Origin: Akkermansia muciniphila
GTDB lineage: Bacteria; Verrucomicrobiota; Verrucomicrobiia; Limisphaerales; SXTU01
Assembly: GCA_945874145.1 (NCBI GenBank)
Contig: CAMCFN010000015.1
Coordinates: 1,183 to 65,182, forward strand
DNA length: 64,000 bases
Direction: 5' to 3'
Shown: positions 7,753 to 16,553 of the stretch, in pieces
Layout: the number at the start of each line of letters is the position of its first letter
Numbering within the stretch: position 1 is the first letter of the stretch
The notes under the pieces: model-generated
Database searches by the model: none
The model's input: the letters and a program-made list of their open reading frames with translations, nothing else
What the model was told of the DNA's origin: nothing
Made by a program: the position numbers and the translations under genes

Positions 7753-9777
7753 TCATTTCAAGGCCTGCACGATGGCCTCGGTCGAAGCCGAGGGAAGCAG
7801 CGTGAGCGCAGCGTTGGACTTTTGCAGTTCATAGACGCGCTGGGTGAAGGCGAATTGTCCTCGCAGGGCGGCGGCATCCAAGGGCTTGCCAACGCCAGTC
7901 ACCGCTCCGGCGATGATGAGCTGGCGCGGGGCGATTAGCGCGGCGAGCTGGGGGATGTCGCCCACGTCGCGCACGATGTTCGCCGCGAGCAAGCCCAAGC
8001 GCTGGTTTTCATACGGCACCTCGGTGAGGAAGCTCGCCAGCGAGTTCGCGGCGACGACGCGTTTGATGCGCGGGTCCAACGCGGCGGCGCACATGGCTGC
8101 CAGGCCGGTCGGGCCGTTGGCCACAATCGTCACGGGCAACAACTGCTTTGCCTGGGCGGCCTGATCCAGGGCGGCGCGGATGTCGTAGGTCCATTGGGAC
8201 AAAATCGAGCGCCCCAGCCAAAGCGACCACTGCGCGCTGTTGTGATCGGGTGCCCGGCCGATTTTGTCGTTCGGAACCGCTTCCAAACCCACAGCGCGCA
8301 GTCGCACGGAGTGGACTTGGTAGTTGGCCTCGCGCAGTGCCTTGGCCAGCGGGTTGGCGACCGTCAGGTCCGGGCTCTCGGTGTCGAGCAGCAGCACGGT
8401 TCCTCGGGGCCTGCCTGTGCCGGCCGGACCTTGCACCCACGAGCTGCTGGCTGAGTTCCGCTGCTCCAACGCCAGCACATGGACACCCAAGATTTGGGTC
8501 TCCAAGACGGTGCGCGCGGCTTTGGCCCGTGATTCCCATGCGGCAGCCGAAGTGGGCGCGGGAGTGGCCTTCAACTGTTTGAGGCCCTCGGCGGCGGCAA
8601 ATTTCGGAATCGTCATCCAGTCGTCCGGCCGCGTCTGGCCGGGGTAGCAGCGGAGGATTTCAGGATCTTCAGTTTCAAACTTGGGCTCGGGGACGGGGGA
8701 GCCATCGCCCTCGCCTTTCAAGTGCTTGGCCATCCAGCCATACATGGCCTCGCGCATGGGCTGGCTGTAGGCGTGGGGCGACTCGAACGTGGTGTGGCGC
8801 ACATTCGCCGGCTGGCCGTGCAGGGCAAAGACCGGCTCGGCGAGCGCGAGGGACTTCTTCGCCTCGGCAATGGAGAATTGCGGAGAATCCTTGGTCGCGC
8901 TGATCACCATAAGCGCGCGCGGTGCAACCATCGCCAGCAGGCCCCACTCCTCGGTGAAGCGCAGCGCGCCGGGGACGACCTCGCACATGCAACAGGCGGT
9001 GCCGAGATAGGCCTGGTAGTTGCCGACGGAGCACACGGGCACGACGGCCTTGAAACGTTCGTCGAACGCGCCGGCATACATGGTCTGGTTGCCGCCGCCG
9101 CTGGCACCAGTGATGCCGAGCCGTGTGCCGTCCACCTCGGGACGGGTGAGCAGATAGTCTACCGCGCGCATGTTTTCATAGACTTGCAGGCCGGACAGCG
9201 GCAGGCCGACGGGGAACAGCGTGGCGGCTGTCATCTCGCCGTGATACTCGCCCAGGTTTTTGCCCACGGCGCGTTCCCCGGCCCCGAAGGCGTCCACCAC
9301 CAGCACGAAGTAGCCGAGCTTCGCGAGCCCGATGCAGCGGGATTGGACGACCGGATCCTGCTTCGCGCCGCGCCAGTGGCCGTGAACGCACAGCACCGTG
9401 GGAAGCCTGCCGGGCTGGGCGGGCACGTAGGCGTTCGCGGTCATGCGCACGCCGGGGAGGGTTTGGAAGGTGATTTTCTCGATGCGGTAGCCGTCCCGCT
9501 GGAGCACGCCGTGAGATTGGGGATTCAACGGGGCAGGGGACTGCGGCCACGCGCCCCAGGCCCGCCGGAGGTTTTCACGCAGCACGGTGCGCTGCTGGGT
9601 CCAGTCAGCCAGCGTGGCAGGAGCCTTGTCACCGGCCCGCAACTCGGCGGCGCGCGCCTTGATGAAGTGCTCGAAGGCGCGGGAAGGTTCATTGGTGGAT
9701 TCGGCGGCTTGCGCGGCGGTCAGGCTCAAGGCGCAAAGCAAAGGGAACAACAGGCGAACACGTGATTGCGGTGACAT
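7753..9777 (-). CDS. Secreted alpha/beta hydrolase (acetylxylan esterase-like) with a degenerate second hydrolase domain
   Basis: Signal peptide, VLCVHGHW, nucleophile elbow ITGASGGG and MVAPRALMV. Confidence 0.8.
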   Translation of the reverse strand: MSPQSRVRLLFPLLCALSLTAAQAAESTNEPSRAFEHFIKARAAELRAGDKAPATLADWTQQRTVLRENLRRAWGAWPQSPAPLNPQSHGVLQRDGYRIEKITFQTLPGVRMTANAYVPAQPGRLPTVLCVHGHWRGAKQDPVVQSRCIGLAKLGYFVLVVDAFGAGERAVGKNLGEYHGEMTAATLFPVGLPLSGLQVYENMRAVDYLLTRPEVDGTRLGITGASGGGNQTMYAGAFDERFKAVVPVCSVGNYQAYLGTACCMCEVVPGALRFTEEWGLLAMVAPRALMVISATKDSPQFSIAEAKKSLALAEPVFALHGQPANVRHTTFESPHAYSQPMREAMYGWMAKHLKGEGDGSPVPEPKFETEDPEILRCYPGQTRPDDWMTIPKFAAAEGLKQLKATPAPTSAAAWESRAKAARTVLETQILGVHVLALEQRNSASSSWVQGPAGTGRPRGTVLLLDTESPDLTVANPLAKALREANYQVHSVRLRAVGLEAVPNDKIGRAPDHNSAQWSLWLGRSILSQWTYDIRAALDQAAQAKQLLPVTIVANGPTGLAAMCAAALDPRIKRVVAANSLASFLTEVPYENQRLGLLAANIVRDVGDIPQLAALIAPRQLIIAGAVTGVGKPLDAAALRGQFAFTQRVYELQKSNAALTLLPSASTEAIVQALK

Positions 9778-9885
9778 GGCGGAGTTGTCGCCAGCCGCAG
9801 CGGTTTCGGCAACGTGTTTTTGGCGCGCCGCTGGCCGGGCTTGAGCTGTTGCATGTGAACTGGCATGCTCACGCCCATTCAATCC

Positions 9886-10740
9886 ATGAAAACCTCGATT
9901 GCCTGTTTGCTGCTGACCACGGTCTTCACCCAGCTCATTGCCGCTCCGGCCCCAGACGTGGCCGGGTTGGCCAAGGCGCTAACCTTCCACGCTTCCTTCG
10001 ATCAGGGACTGGACGCGGATTTCTCACGGGGAGAAAAGGCCTGCTATTACCGACAGGGGAAGTCACTGGTGCCGGCGGCACCCAACGAGGAGCTTAAAGT
10101 CGTCTCGGGAGCCGGGCGTTTTGGTGGCGGGCTGCATTTCACCAAGAAGGGAAAGACGAACCCGGCTTTCAAGAGCGCGGGCATGCTGGACTACAACGCC
10201 AAAGACTGGAGCGCCGCTGTGTCCGTCTGGCTGCGGCTGGACCCGGACAAGGACTTGGAGCCCGGCTATTGCGACCCGGTGCAGATTGTCGGGGACGACA
10301 CGAAGAAAGGGTTCATCTTTCTGGAGTGGTCGAAAGACGAGACCCCGCGGCACTTTCGCTTCGCGATCCGGCCGCTGTTCCCGATCTGGAATCCGAACAA
10401 CCTCGACTGGGCGAAAATGACCGCCGAGCAGCGGCCGGCGGTGCAGTTGACGCGCGCGCCGTTCTCGCGGGAGGCGTGGACCCACGCGGTGTTCTCGTTC
10501 GCGCACATCAACGACAAGACCAAGAAACCCATCGGCCGGCTCCACTTGAACGGTGTGCTCAAGGGAACGATTGAGAACTGGGATTTGACCTTTGGCTGGG
10601 ACCCGGCGCAGGTGCTGCTGGTGCTTGGAGCATCTTACGTTGGCCATCTGGACGATTTGGCCGTCTTCAATCGTCCGCTGACCGATGCCGAGGTGAAGCA
10701 GCTCTTCGGCCTCAAGACCGGCGCGCGCGAACTGCACTAG
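9886..10740 (+). CDS. Secreted LamG/concanavalin-like domain protein
   Basis: Signal peptide, LTFHASFD, WTHAVFSF and GHLDDLAVFNRPLTDAEV. Confidence 0.8.
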   Translation: MKTSIACLLLTTVFTQLIAAPAPDVAGLAKALTFHASFDQGLDADFSRGEKACYYRQGKSLVPAAPNEELKVVSGAGRFGGGLHFTKKGKTNPAFKSAGMLDYNAKDWSAAVSVWLRLDPDKDLEPGYCDPVQIVGDDTKKGFIFLEWSKDETPRHFRFAIRPLFPIWNPNNLDWAKMTAEQRPAVQLTRAPFSREAWTHAVFSFAHINDKTKKPIGRLHLNGVLKGTIENWDLTFGWDPAQVLLVLGASYVGHLDDLAVFNRPLTDAEVKQLFGLKTGARELH

Positions 10741-10790
10741 GCTGAGCATGCCTTGACCGCAGGCGGTTTCGCCAACAGGTTTTGCACGCA

Positions 10791-13700
10791 ATGAATCGAG
10801 CGAGGCCAGTGTTCAATTCTACCGCATTGCGCTCAGCCCTTGGGTTGCGATGCAGCGTGGGTGCAGTCTGCCTCGCCCTGCTATCAACAGTGGCCAAGTG
10901 TGCTGAGCCGGCGGTGGCGGCCAAGGAGGTGTTGAGCCGGCACTGCTACGAGTGCCACGGCAGCGCGAAGGCCAAGGGCGGGGTGGATCTCAAGCGACTG
11001 GCTGCCGATCCGAAGGCGACCGAGGACTTCGGACTGTGGGAGAAGGTCCGCGATTCCGTGGCCAGTGGTGACATGCCTCCGCCCAATGCCAAGCCTCTGG
11101 CCGCTGCGGACAAGCAGGCGTTGGTGACGTGGACCACGGCAGCCTTGGACGCGGCCGCTGCGGCGAAGTCTGGCGACCCCGGTCCGGTCACGATGCGGCG
11201 GCTTTCCAATGCGGAATACGACTACACGCTCCGCGACCTCACCGGGCGTGATTACCGGCTGGCGAAGGAATTTCAGGCTGATAGCGGCGGCGGTGAAGGT
11301 TTTTCCAACACCGGCGATGTGCTCTTCCTCAGCCCGGCGGCGTTGGACAGCTACTTCAATGCCGCTCGCAAGGTGGCTGATCACGCCACGATCATGCCTG
11401 GGACGGGCATCATCTTTCACGCGCATCGCATCGGCTTGCGCGGCCCGGAGCAGGTGAAGGCGCAGGCCGTGGAGGGGATCAATCTCTGGTATCAACAGCA
11501 GGCGGCGGTGCACCTGCCCAAGGATTTGGAGGATGCGCGGGAAGTCGATTACCTGGTGGCCTGTTGGAAGCATCGGCATTTCAAGGAGCCCATCGCAGAG
11601 TTGGCGCGGGCGGCTGGCTTGATTCGGCCTTTCTTGGAAAACTGGTGGCGGCTGGTGAACAGCACCGAGCCCAAATCCCGCTTCCTCGACCTGACGCGTG
11701 TGGCGTGGCGCGAACTGCCCGGGCCTGACGCGGCGCATCCCGGCACAGTGCCTTTGACCGTCAGGGAGGGGGCCAGATCCATCCGGGAGCAGCTGTTGGC
11801 ATGGAATAGTTCCACGCCAACGGGCAGCTCTGTGAGCCGCTGGTTGCAGGACGCCAGCCGGGATCAGGCGCACCGGCTGACTGCCGATGTCGTAGGCAAG
11901 TCGAACGCTTTTCTCTGCATCGGCGATACCGGAGATGGCCATCGAGGCGATATTGCCCTGATCACCGGCCTGCAATTGCAGACCACGCAAGGCCCCATCC
12001 AATACCTCGATTGGTTGGAGGCCCAACTTGTGGCAGACCGGGCGGCCAAGGCTGGCGATCCGCAGGAGGCTAGGCTGATCCAGCAACGGATTGCCGCTGG
12101 AGTCCGGGTGCAAAGCGCTTTGGGAAAGCATTCCCAAGGCCCGGCGGTTTTACCGAACATGCTGGTCTTGGCCGCGCCACAAGTTCTCAGCCTGCCGCTG
12201 CCAAAAAATGCCGTGCGCCTTACCGCCGAGGCCCGGATCGACTTGAAGCAACCCGAGGCGAGGCATGCCACCTTGCAGTTGGTTTTGGATGCCGATCGCC
12301 CTCGCGAAGTCACGAAGGTGATGCCAGGGGTGGCGATCCTCTGGTTGCGCCAGCCCGAAGCCGCTGGCCGCACCATGGCCGAGTTCATGGAGTTGCGGGC
12401 GGCTTTCCCAGAGTCGTTTGACAGGCGTCTCGAGAAGGTGGCTGCCAACCTCCGGCGGGGCGCACCCGCTCAGGGAGTTTACTATTTGAGCGACGAACAA
12501 CTGGGTGAGTTGGTGGGTGCAGCCGGACGGGACATGCTGCAGAAAATGCGCCTCGACTTGAACCTCGTGGCGGGTGCCCCGGGCGCTCAGCCGCCGGTGC
12601 AGCAGCGCTGGGACCAACTGGTCTTGGGACATCTTCGTGAATTCGCGAGCCATGCCTGGCGCCGGCCGTTGGAGCGCTTGGAGGCAAAGGAGATCGAAGC
12701 CCTCTACCTTGCGGGTCTCGCCAGTGAACTTGACCAGGAATCTGCTGCGCGAGAGGTCTTGGTGCGTGTGCTGGTTTCACCGCATTTCCTTTTTCGAGCT
12801 GAGACCTTGCCCGCAGTGGGCCGGTCCACTCCTGACGAGGTGGTGCTCTCCGCTTGGGAGGTGGCTGCGCGGCTGAGTTATTTCCTCTGGGCTTCGCTGC
12901 CGGACATGGAGTTGCGCAGGGTTGCTCAGAGCGGGGCGCTGCTCCAATCGTCGGTGATCCTGCAACAGGCGGATCGCATGCTGCGCGACCCGAGAGCCGC
13001 CGCGCTGGCCTGGGAGTTTGCCGGGCAATGGCTCCAATTCACCAGGTTTGAGGAGCAGGTGGCGGTGGACGGGAAAGTCTTCCCTGAGTTTAGTCCCGAG
13101 CTCAGCCGGGACATGCAGCAAGAGGCGATCGAGTTCTTCACACATCTGGTGCGTGAGGACCGCAGTGTGGCTGACATTTGGAGTGGCGATTATTCCTTCA
13201 TCAATGACCGCCTCGCCGGGCACTACGGCGTTTCTGGTTCCGTCGGCGCGCAGTTTCTGGAGGTGAAGATGGCGCAGTATCATCGGGGTGGCTTGCTGGG
13301 GATGGGCGCGATTCTGACAAAGACCTCACGTCCGCAACGCACCAGCCCCGTGCTGCGCGGCGATTATGTGTATCAAGTGCTGCTGGGCTTCACCGTGCCG
13401 CCACCGCCCGCAGAGGTGCCCAAGCTCGACGAACAGGGGCTCCGGCCGGCCACGCTGCGGGAGCGCCTGCGGCAGCATCGTGCTGATCAGGCCTGTGCGG
13501 TTTGCCACGACCGGCTTGATCCACTGGGCTTTGCGCTGGAGAACTTCGATGCTATCGGCCGCTTCCGCACCGCTGATTCGACTGGGGAGCTGATTGACAC
13601 AACCGGTGAACTGAGGGACGGCACGAAGCTCCAAGGCATTGAAGGCCTGCGTGGGTTTCTGCGACACAGCGAGGCCCAGCTCACCGCCCAGTTTTGCCGC

Positions 13701-13883
13701 AAACTGCTGGGATACGCGCTGGGGCGGCAGACCCGGCCCAGCGACCGGGCGCTGCTGCTAGGCATGCAGCAGGCTTTGAAACAGAAGCGTGGGCGATTCT
13801 CCGCTGCGGTGGGCGAAGTGGTTACCAGCCGGCAGTTTTTACATCGCCGCAACGAAGTCGCGAAGGTTCCCCAGATCCCTTAG
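10791..13883 (+). CDS. Planctomycete-type cytochrome c + DUF1587/1595/1592/1588/1585 protein
   Basis: CYECH and CAVCH heme motifs, MRRLSNAEYDYTLRDL, LSYFLWASLPD, TSPVLRG and DPLGFALENFDAIGRFR. Confidence 0.88.
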   Translation: MNRARPVFNSTALRSALGLRCSVGAVCLALLSTVAKCAEPAVAAKEVLSRHCYECHGSAKAKGGVDLKRLAADPKATEDFGLWEKVRDSVASGDMPPPNAKPLAAADKQALVTWTTAALDAAAAAKSGDPGPVTMRRLSNAEYDYTLRDLTGRDYRLAKEFQADSGGGEGFSNTGDVLFLSPAALDSYFNAARKVADHATIMPGTGIIFHAHRIGLRGPEQVKAQAVEGINLWYQQQAAVHLPKDLEDAREVDYLVACWKHRHFKEPIAELARAAGLIRPFLENWWRLVNSTEPKSRFLDLTRVAWRELPGPDAAHPGTVPLTVREGARSIREQLLAWNSSTPTGSSVSRWLQDASRDQAHRLTADVVGKSNAFLCIGDTGDGHRGDIALITGLQLQTTQGPIQYLDWLEAQLVADRAAKAGDPQEARLIQQRIAAGVRVQSALGKHSQGPAVLPNMLVLAAPQVLSLPLPKNAVRLTAEARIDLKQPEARHATLQLVLDADRPREVTKVMPGVAILWLRQPEAAGRTMAEFMELRAAFPESFDRRLEKVAANLRRGAPAQGVYYLSDEQLGELVGAAGRDMLQKMRLDLNLVAGAPGAQPPVQQRWDQLVLGHLREFASHAWRRPLERLEAKEIEALYLAGLASELDQESAAREVLVRVLVSPHFLFRAETLPAVGRSTPDEVVLSAWEVAARLSYFLWASLPDMELRRVAQSGALLQSSVILQQADRMLRDPRAAALAWEFAGQWLQFTRFEEQVAVDGKVFPEFSPELSRDMQQEAIEFFTHLVREDRSVADIWSGDYSFINDRLAGHYGVSGSVGAQFLEVKMAQYHRGGLLGMGAILTKTSRPQRTSPVLRGDYVYQVLLGFTVPPPPAEVPKLDEQGLRPATLRERLRQHRADQACAVCHDRLDPLGFALENFDAIGRFRTADSTGELIDTTGELRDGTKLQGIEGLRGFLRHSEAQLTAQFCRKLLGYALGRQTRPSDRALLLGMQQALKQKRGRFSAAVGEVVTSRQFLHRRNEVAKVPQIP

Positions 13884-13896
13884 CCTGGTCCCAAGC

Positions 13897-15216
13897 ATGA
13901 ACCTCTCTCGCCGCAAGTTTCTCCGGGGCACTGGCGTTCTGTTCGGCCTGCCGTGGCTGGAGTCGGTTCAGGCGTTCGGCGCTGCGTCGCCGCGTCCTCA
14001 CGAAGCCCCACGCCGGCTGGCAGTTTGTTTCATGGGCAACGGGGTCAATCCGGCGCATTGGGGAGCCAGTTCCGGCCTGGACGGGCTGCGACTCCACAAG
14101 TCGCTCACCCCATTGGAGCCGCTCAAGCAGCACCTCAACGTCTTCCAAGGCTTGTGGAATCCCGCCTCCATCGAAAGCGAGGGCACGCACTGTTCCAAAA
14201 TGAATGTGCTCTCCGGGCTGCGGGTGAAGAAAACCACCTCGGACGTGGAGGTGGGGGTTTCCATGGATCAAGTCATCGCCGCTCATGCGGGCAAGGCCAC
14301 GCCCGTGCCCAGCATCGTGCTGGGCACGGAGCGCCCGAAATATGCTACCTCGTTTGGCTTCACCTCGCTCTACTCGGCCCATATCTCCTGGAGCAGTCCG
14401 ACCACGCCAGCCCCCAAGGAAATCTTTCCGCAACAGGCATTTGATCAGCTCTTCGACGACGGCAGCAAACGGGTGAGGAACAAGAGCATTCTGGATCTTG
14501 TGCAGGCGGATGCTCGGAGCCTTCGGCCCAAGCTCAGTTATCGGGATGGCCAGAAACTAGACGAGTATCTGGACTCCGTGCGGGAGTTGGAGCAGCGCAT
14601 CGCTCGCGCGGAAAAATCCAGTGCGGCTCCGGCTGTCAACCCGGGCTGGGCACCGAAGTCCACGGCGCTGAACCTGCAGCGTCCTGCCGCCGGGTTGCCT
14701 GTGCACGCCGAGGCGCATCTGCGATTGATGTTCGATATTCTGTTGCACGCCTTCCAGATGGACCGCACCCGGGTCGCCACGTTCATGCTTAACAACGACC
14801 AGTCAGACATGCGCTTCGCCAGCCTTGGCGGTGTTAGTGAGGGAATGCACGACCTCTCCCACCACGGTGGGGATCTCGTGAGATTGGCTCAGTATCAACG
14901 CGTCAATGAACTACAGGTGAAACTGTGGGCGGAATTTCTTGCCAAAATGCACGCCGCCAACGAAGGCGAGCGCTCGTTGCTTCAAAACAGCATGGTGCTG
15001 CTCACCAGCAGCCTCATGGATGGTAATGTCCACGATTCCACCCAATTGCCGGTGGTCTTGGCCGGTGGCGGTGGCGGCGCCATCCGAGGCGGCCGACACT
15101 TCGATCTGGGCAAGGACACCAACCGCAAACTCTGCCGACTGCACCTCGCCCTCATGGACCGCATGGGGTTGAGAGTCGAACGCTTCGGCGACGCGGAGAA
15201 CGCACTCAACATCTGA
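13897..15216 (+). CDS. DUF1552 domain protein (Tat-like signal)
   Basis: SRRKFLRG..GLPWLES, SMDQVIA and AFQMDRTRVATFM; the usual partner of DUF1592 genes. Confidence 0.9.
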   Translation: MNLSRRKFLRGTGVLFGLPWLESVQAFGAASPRPHEAPRRLAVCFMGNGVNPAHWGASSGLDGLRLHKSLTPLEPLKQHLNVFQGLWNPASIESEGTHCSKMNVLSGLRVKKTTSDVEVGVSMDQVIAAHAGKATPVPSIVLGTERPKYATSFGFTSLYSAHISWSSPTTPAPKEIFPQQAFDQLFDDGSKRVRNKSILDLVQADARSLRPKLSYRDGQKLDEYLDSVRELEQRIARAEKSSAAPAVNPGWAPKSTALNLQRPAAGLPVHAEAHLRLMFDILLHAFQMDRTRVATFMLNNDQSDMRFASLGGVSEGMHDLSHHGGDLVRLAQYQRVNELQVKLWAEFLAKMHAANEGERSLLQNSMVLLTSSLMDGNVHDSTQLPVVLAGGGGGAIRGGRHFDLGKDTNRKLCRLHLALMDRMGLRVERFGDAENALNI

Positions 15217-15243
15217 TCCGTCCAGCGGCGGTCTGGTTCCCGT

Positions 15244-16398
15244 TTGTCTGTGAAATTTCTTCCTTTTGTTGGCGCGCTGATGCTGGCCGGCGGTTGGCTT
15301 CCCGCTGCGGTTGCGGCGGTCAGCACCCTGGGCACGCCCTTGCCGGCTGTAGCCCCAAAGGCGCGGCTGGTGCTGAACGAGGCTTGGGAAAGCGGCACGA
15401 TCGCGCCGGACAAATGGTATGCTCCACGCAGCCGATGGGGCGCTGGCAATCACGGCGTCACCCGTGACAACGTCCGTATCGAACGCGAGGTCGTGAACGG
15501 CCGGGCGCAGCCAGTGCTGGTCTGTCAGGCCAATGGGGATCTTTACCAAGGCCCGATCATCGGCTTCGCTGGCAAAAGGACGCGTGTGGGCGGAGTCCTC
15601 ATCTCAAAGGACTTTTTCGCATCCGGCCGGTTCGAGGTGGTGATGAAGATCGGTGCGCGGAAGCAAGCGACCGATGGCCCCGCCGATCCAGCGCGGCCCA
15701 AAGGCGCGGTCCCAGCCATCTGGACCTATGCCTACCGCTTCGTCACCGTGCCCAAGGAGCGCATGGATGAGTTTGTCCCCGCCGTCCCGCTCTACAATCC
15801 GCACCTGAAAGCCTACGGCACCGGCGCTAACGAGCACTGGTCTGAGCTGGATTTTCCCGAGCTGGGGAAGGGCGGGTATTTTATGCAGGGCCTTTACAAT
15901 GCATTCTCGCAGAACCGGGCGGACACGCAGGCTTTCGATGTGGGGCTGGTGGCGGATGGCGGCTACCACACCTTCACCACGGAGTGGCGCACGAAACTGG
16001 TGCCCCTGCCAGACATCACCGATGCGCAAGTCGTGGCTGCCGAGGGGTGTTGGTGGATTCGCGACCAAGCAGTCCCCTTCGAGACGTATCTCGGAAATCC
16101 GCTGAAGCGGTTGGGCAAGGACCAATACGCGGTCCACACCGGCGACCGGGCGGACCACTGGATCGATGGCAAGAAGGTGGCGGAGAACATCCGCTTTGTC
16201 CCGGCGATGGCCGCCCAACTCACCATGGGAGTTTGGCTGCCAGAATGGGCGGGCGAAGCCCCGTGGAAGCGGACAACGGTTTCCTTCGCGTCCGTGAAGG
16301 TCTGGCAGTTCGACGACGAGGGCGATGTGCGCGGCATACTAACGGCGAGCCTGCGGGACAGCTTTGATGCGGCTGGCCGCCCACTGACGAAGCCATGA
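15244..16398 (+). CDS. Secreted GH16-like glycoside hydrolase
   Basis: Signal peptide, GRFEVVMK, GAVPAIW, catalytic-type ExDxxE (SELDFPE) and YHTFTTEW. Confidence 0.65.
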   Translation: MSVKFLPFVGALMLAGGWLPAAVAAVSTLGTPLPAVAPKARLVLNEAWESGTIAPDKWYAPRSRWGAGNHGVTRDNVRIEREVVNGRAQPVLVCQANGDLYQGPIIGFAGKRTRVGGVLISKDFFASGRFEVVMKIGARKQATDGPADPARPKGAVPAIWTYAYRFVTVPKERMDEFVPAVPLYNPHLKAYGTGANEHWSELDFPELGKGGYFMQGLYNAFSQNRADTQAFDVGLVADGGYHTFTTEWRTKLVPLPDITDAQVVAAEGCWWIRDQAVPFETYLGNPLKRLGKDQYAVHTGDRADHWIDGKKVAENIRFVPAMAAQLTMGVWLPEWAGEAPWKRTTVSFASVKVWQFDDEGDVRGILTASLRDSFDAAGRPLTKP

Positions 16399-16553
16399 AG
16401 GCTGGCGGCTGGCGCCTCCGCGCACACTGCCCCGGGGATAACGGCGAAACGATTGGTCGGTGGCCTTGCGAACAGTGAAGCGGAGTAATCGCAGTGCCCC
16501 AGCGTGGCTGGCATTCGGCTTCCCCGGCTGCAGCTTTCTGGCATTATTCCGCC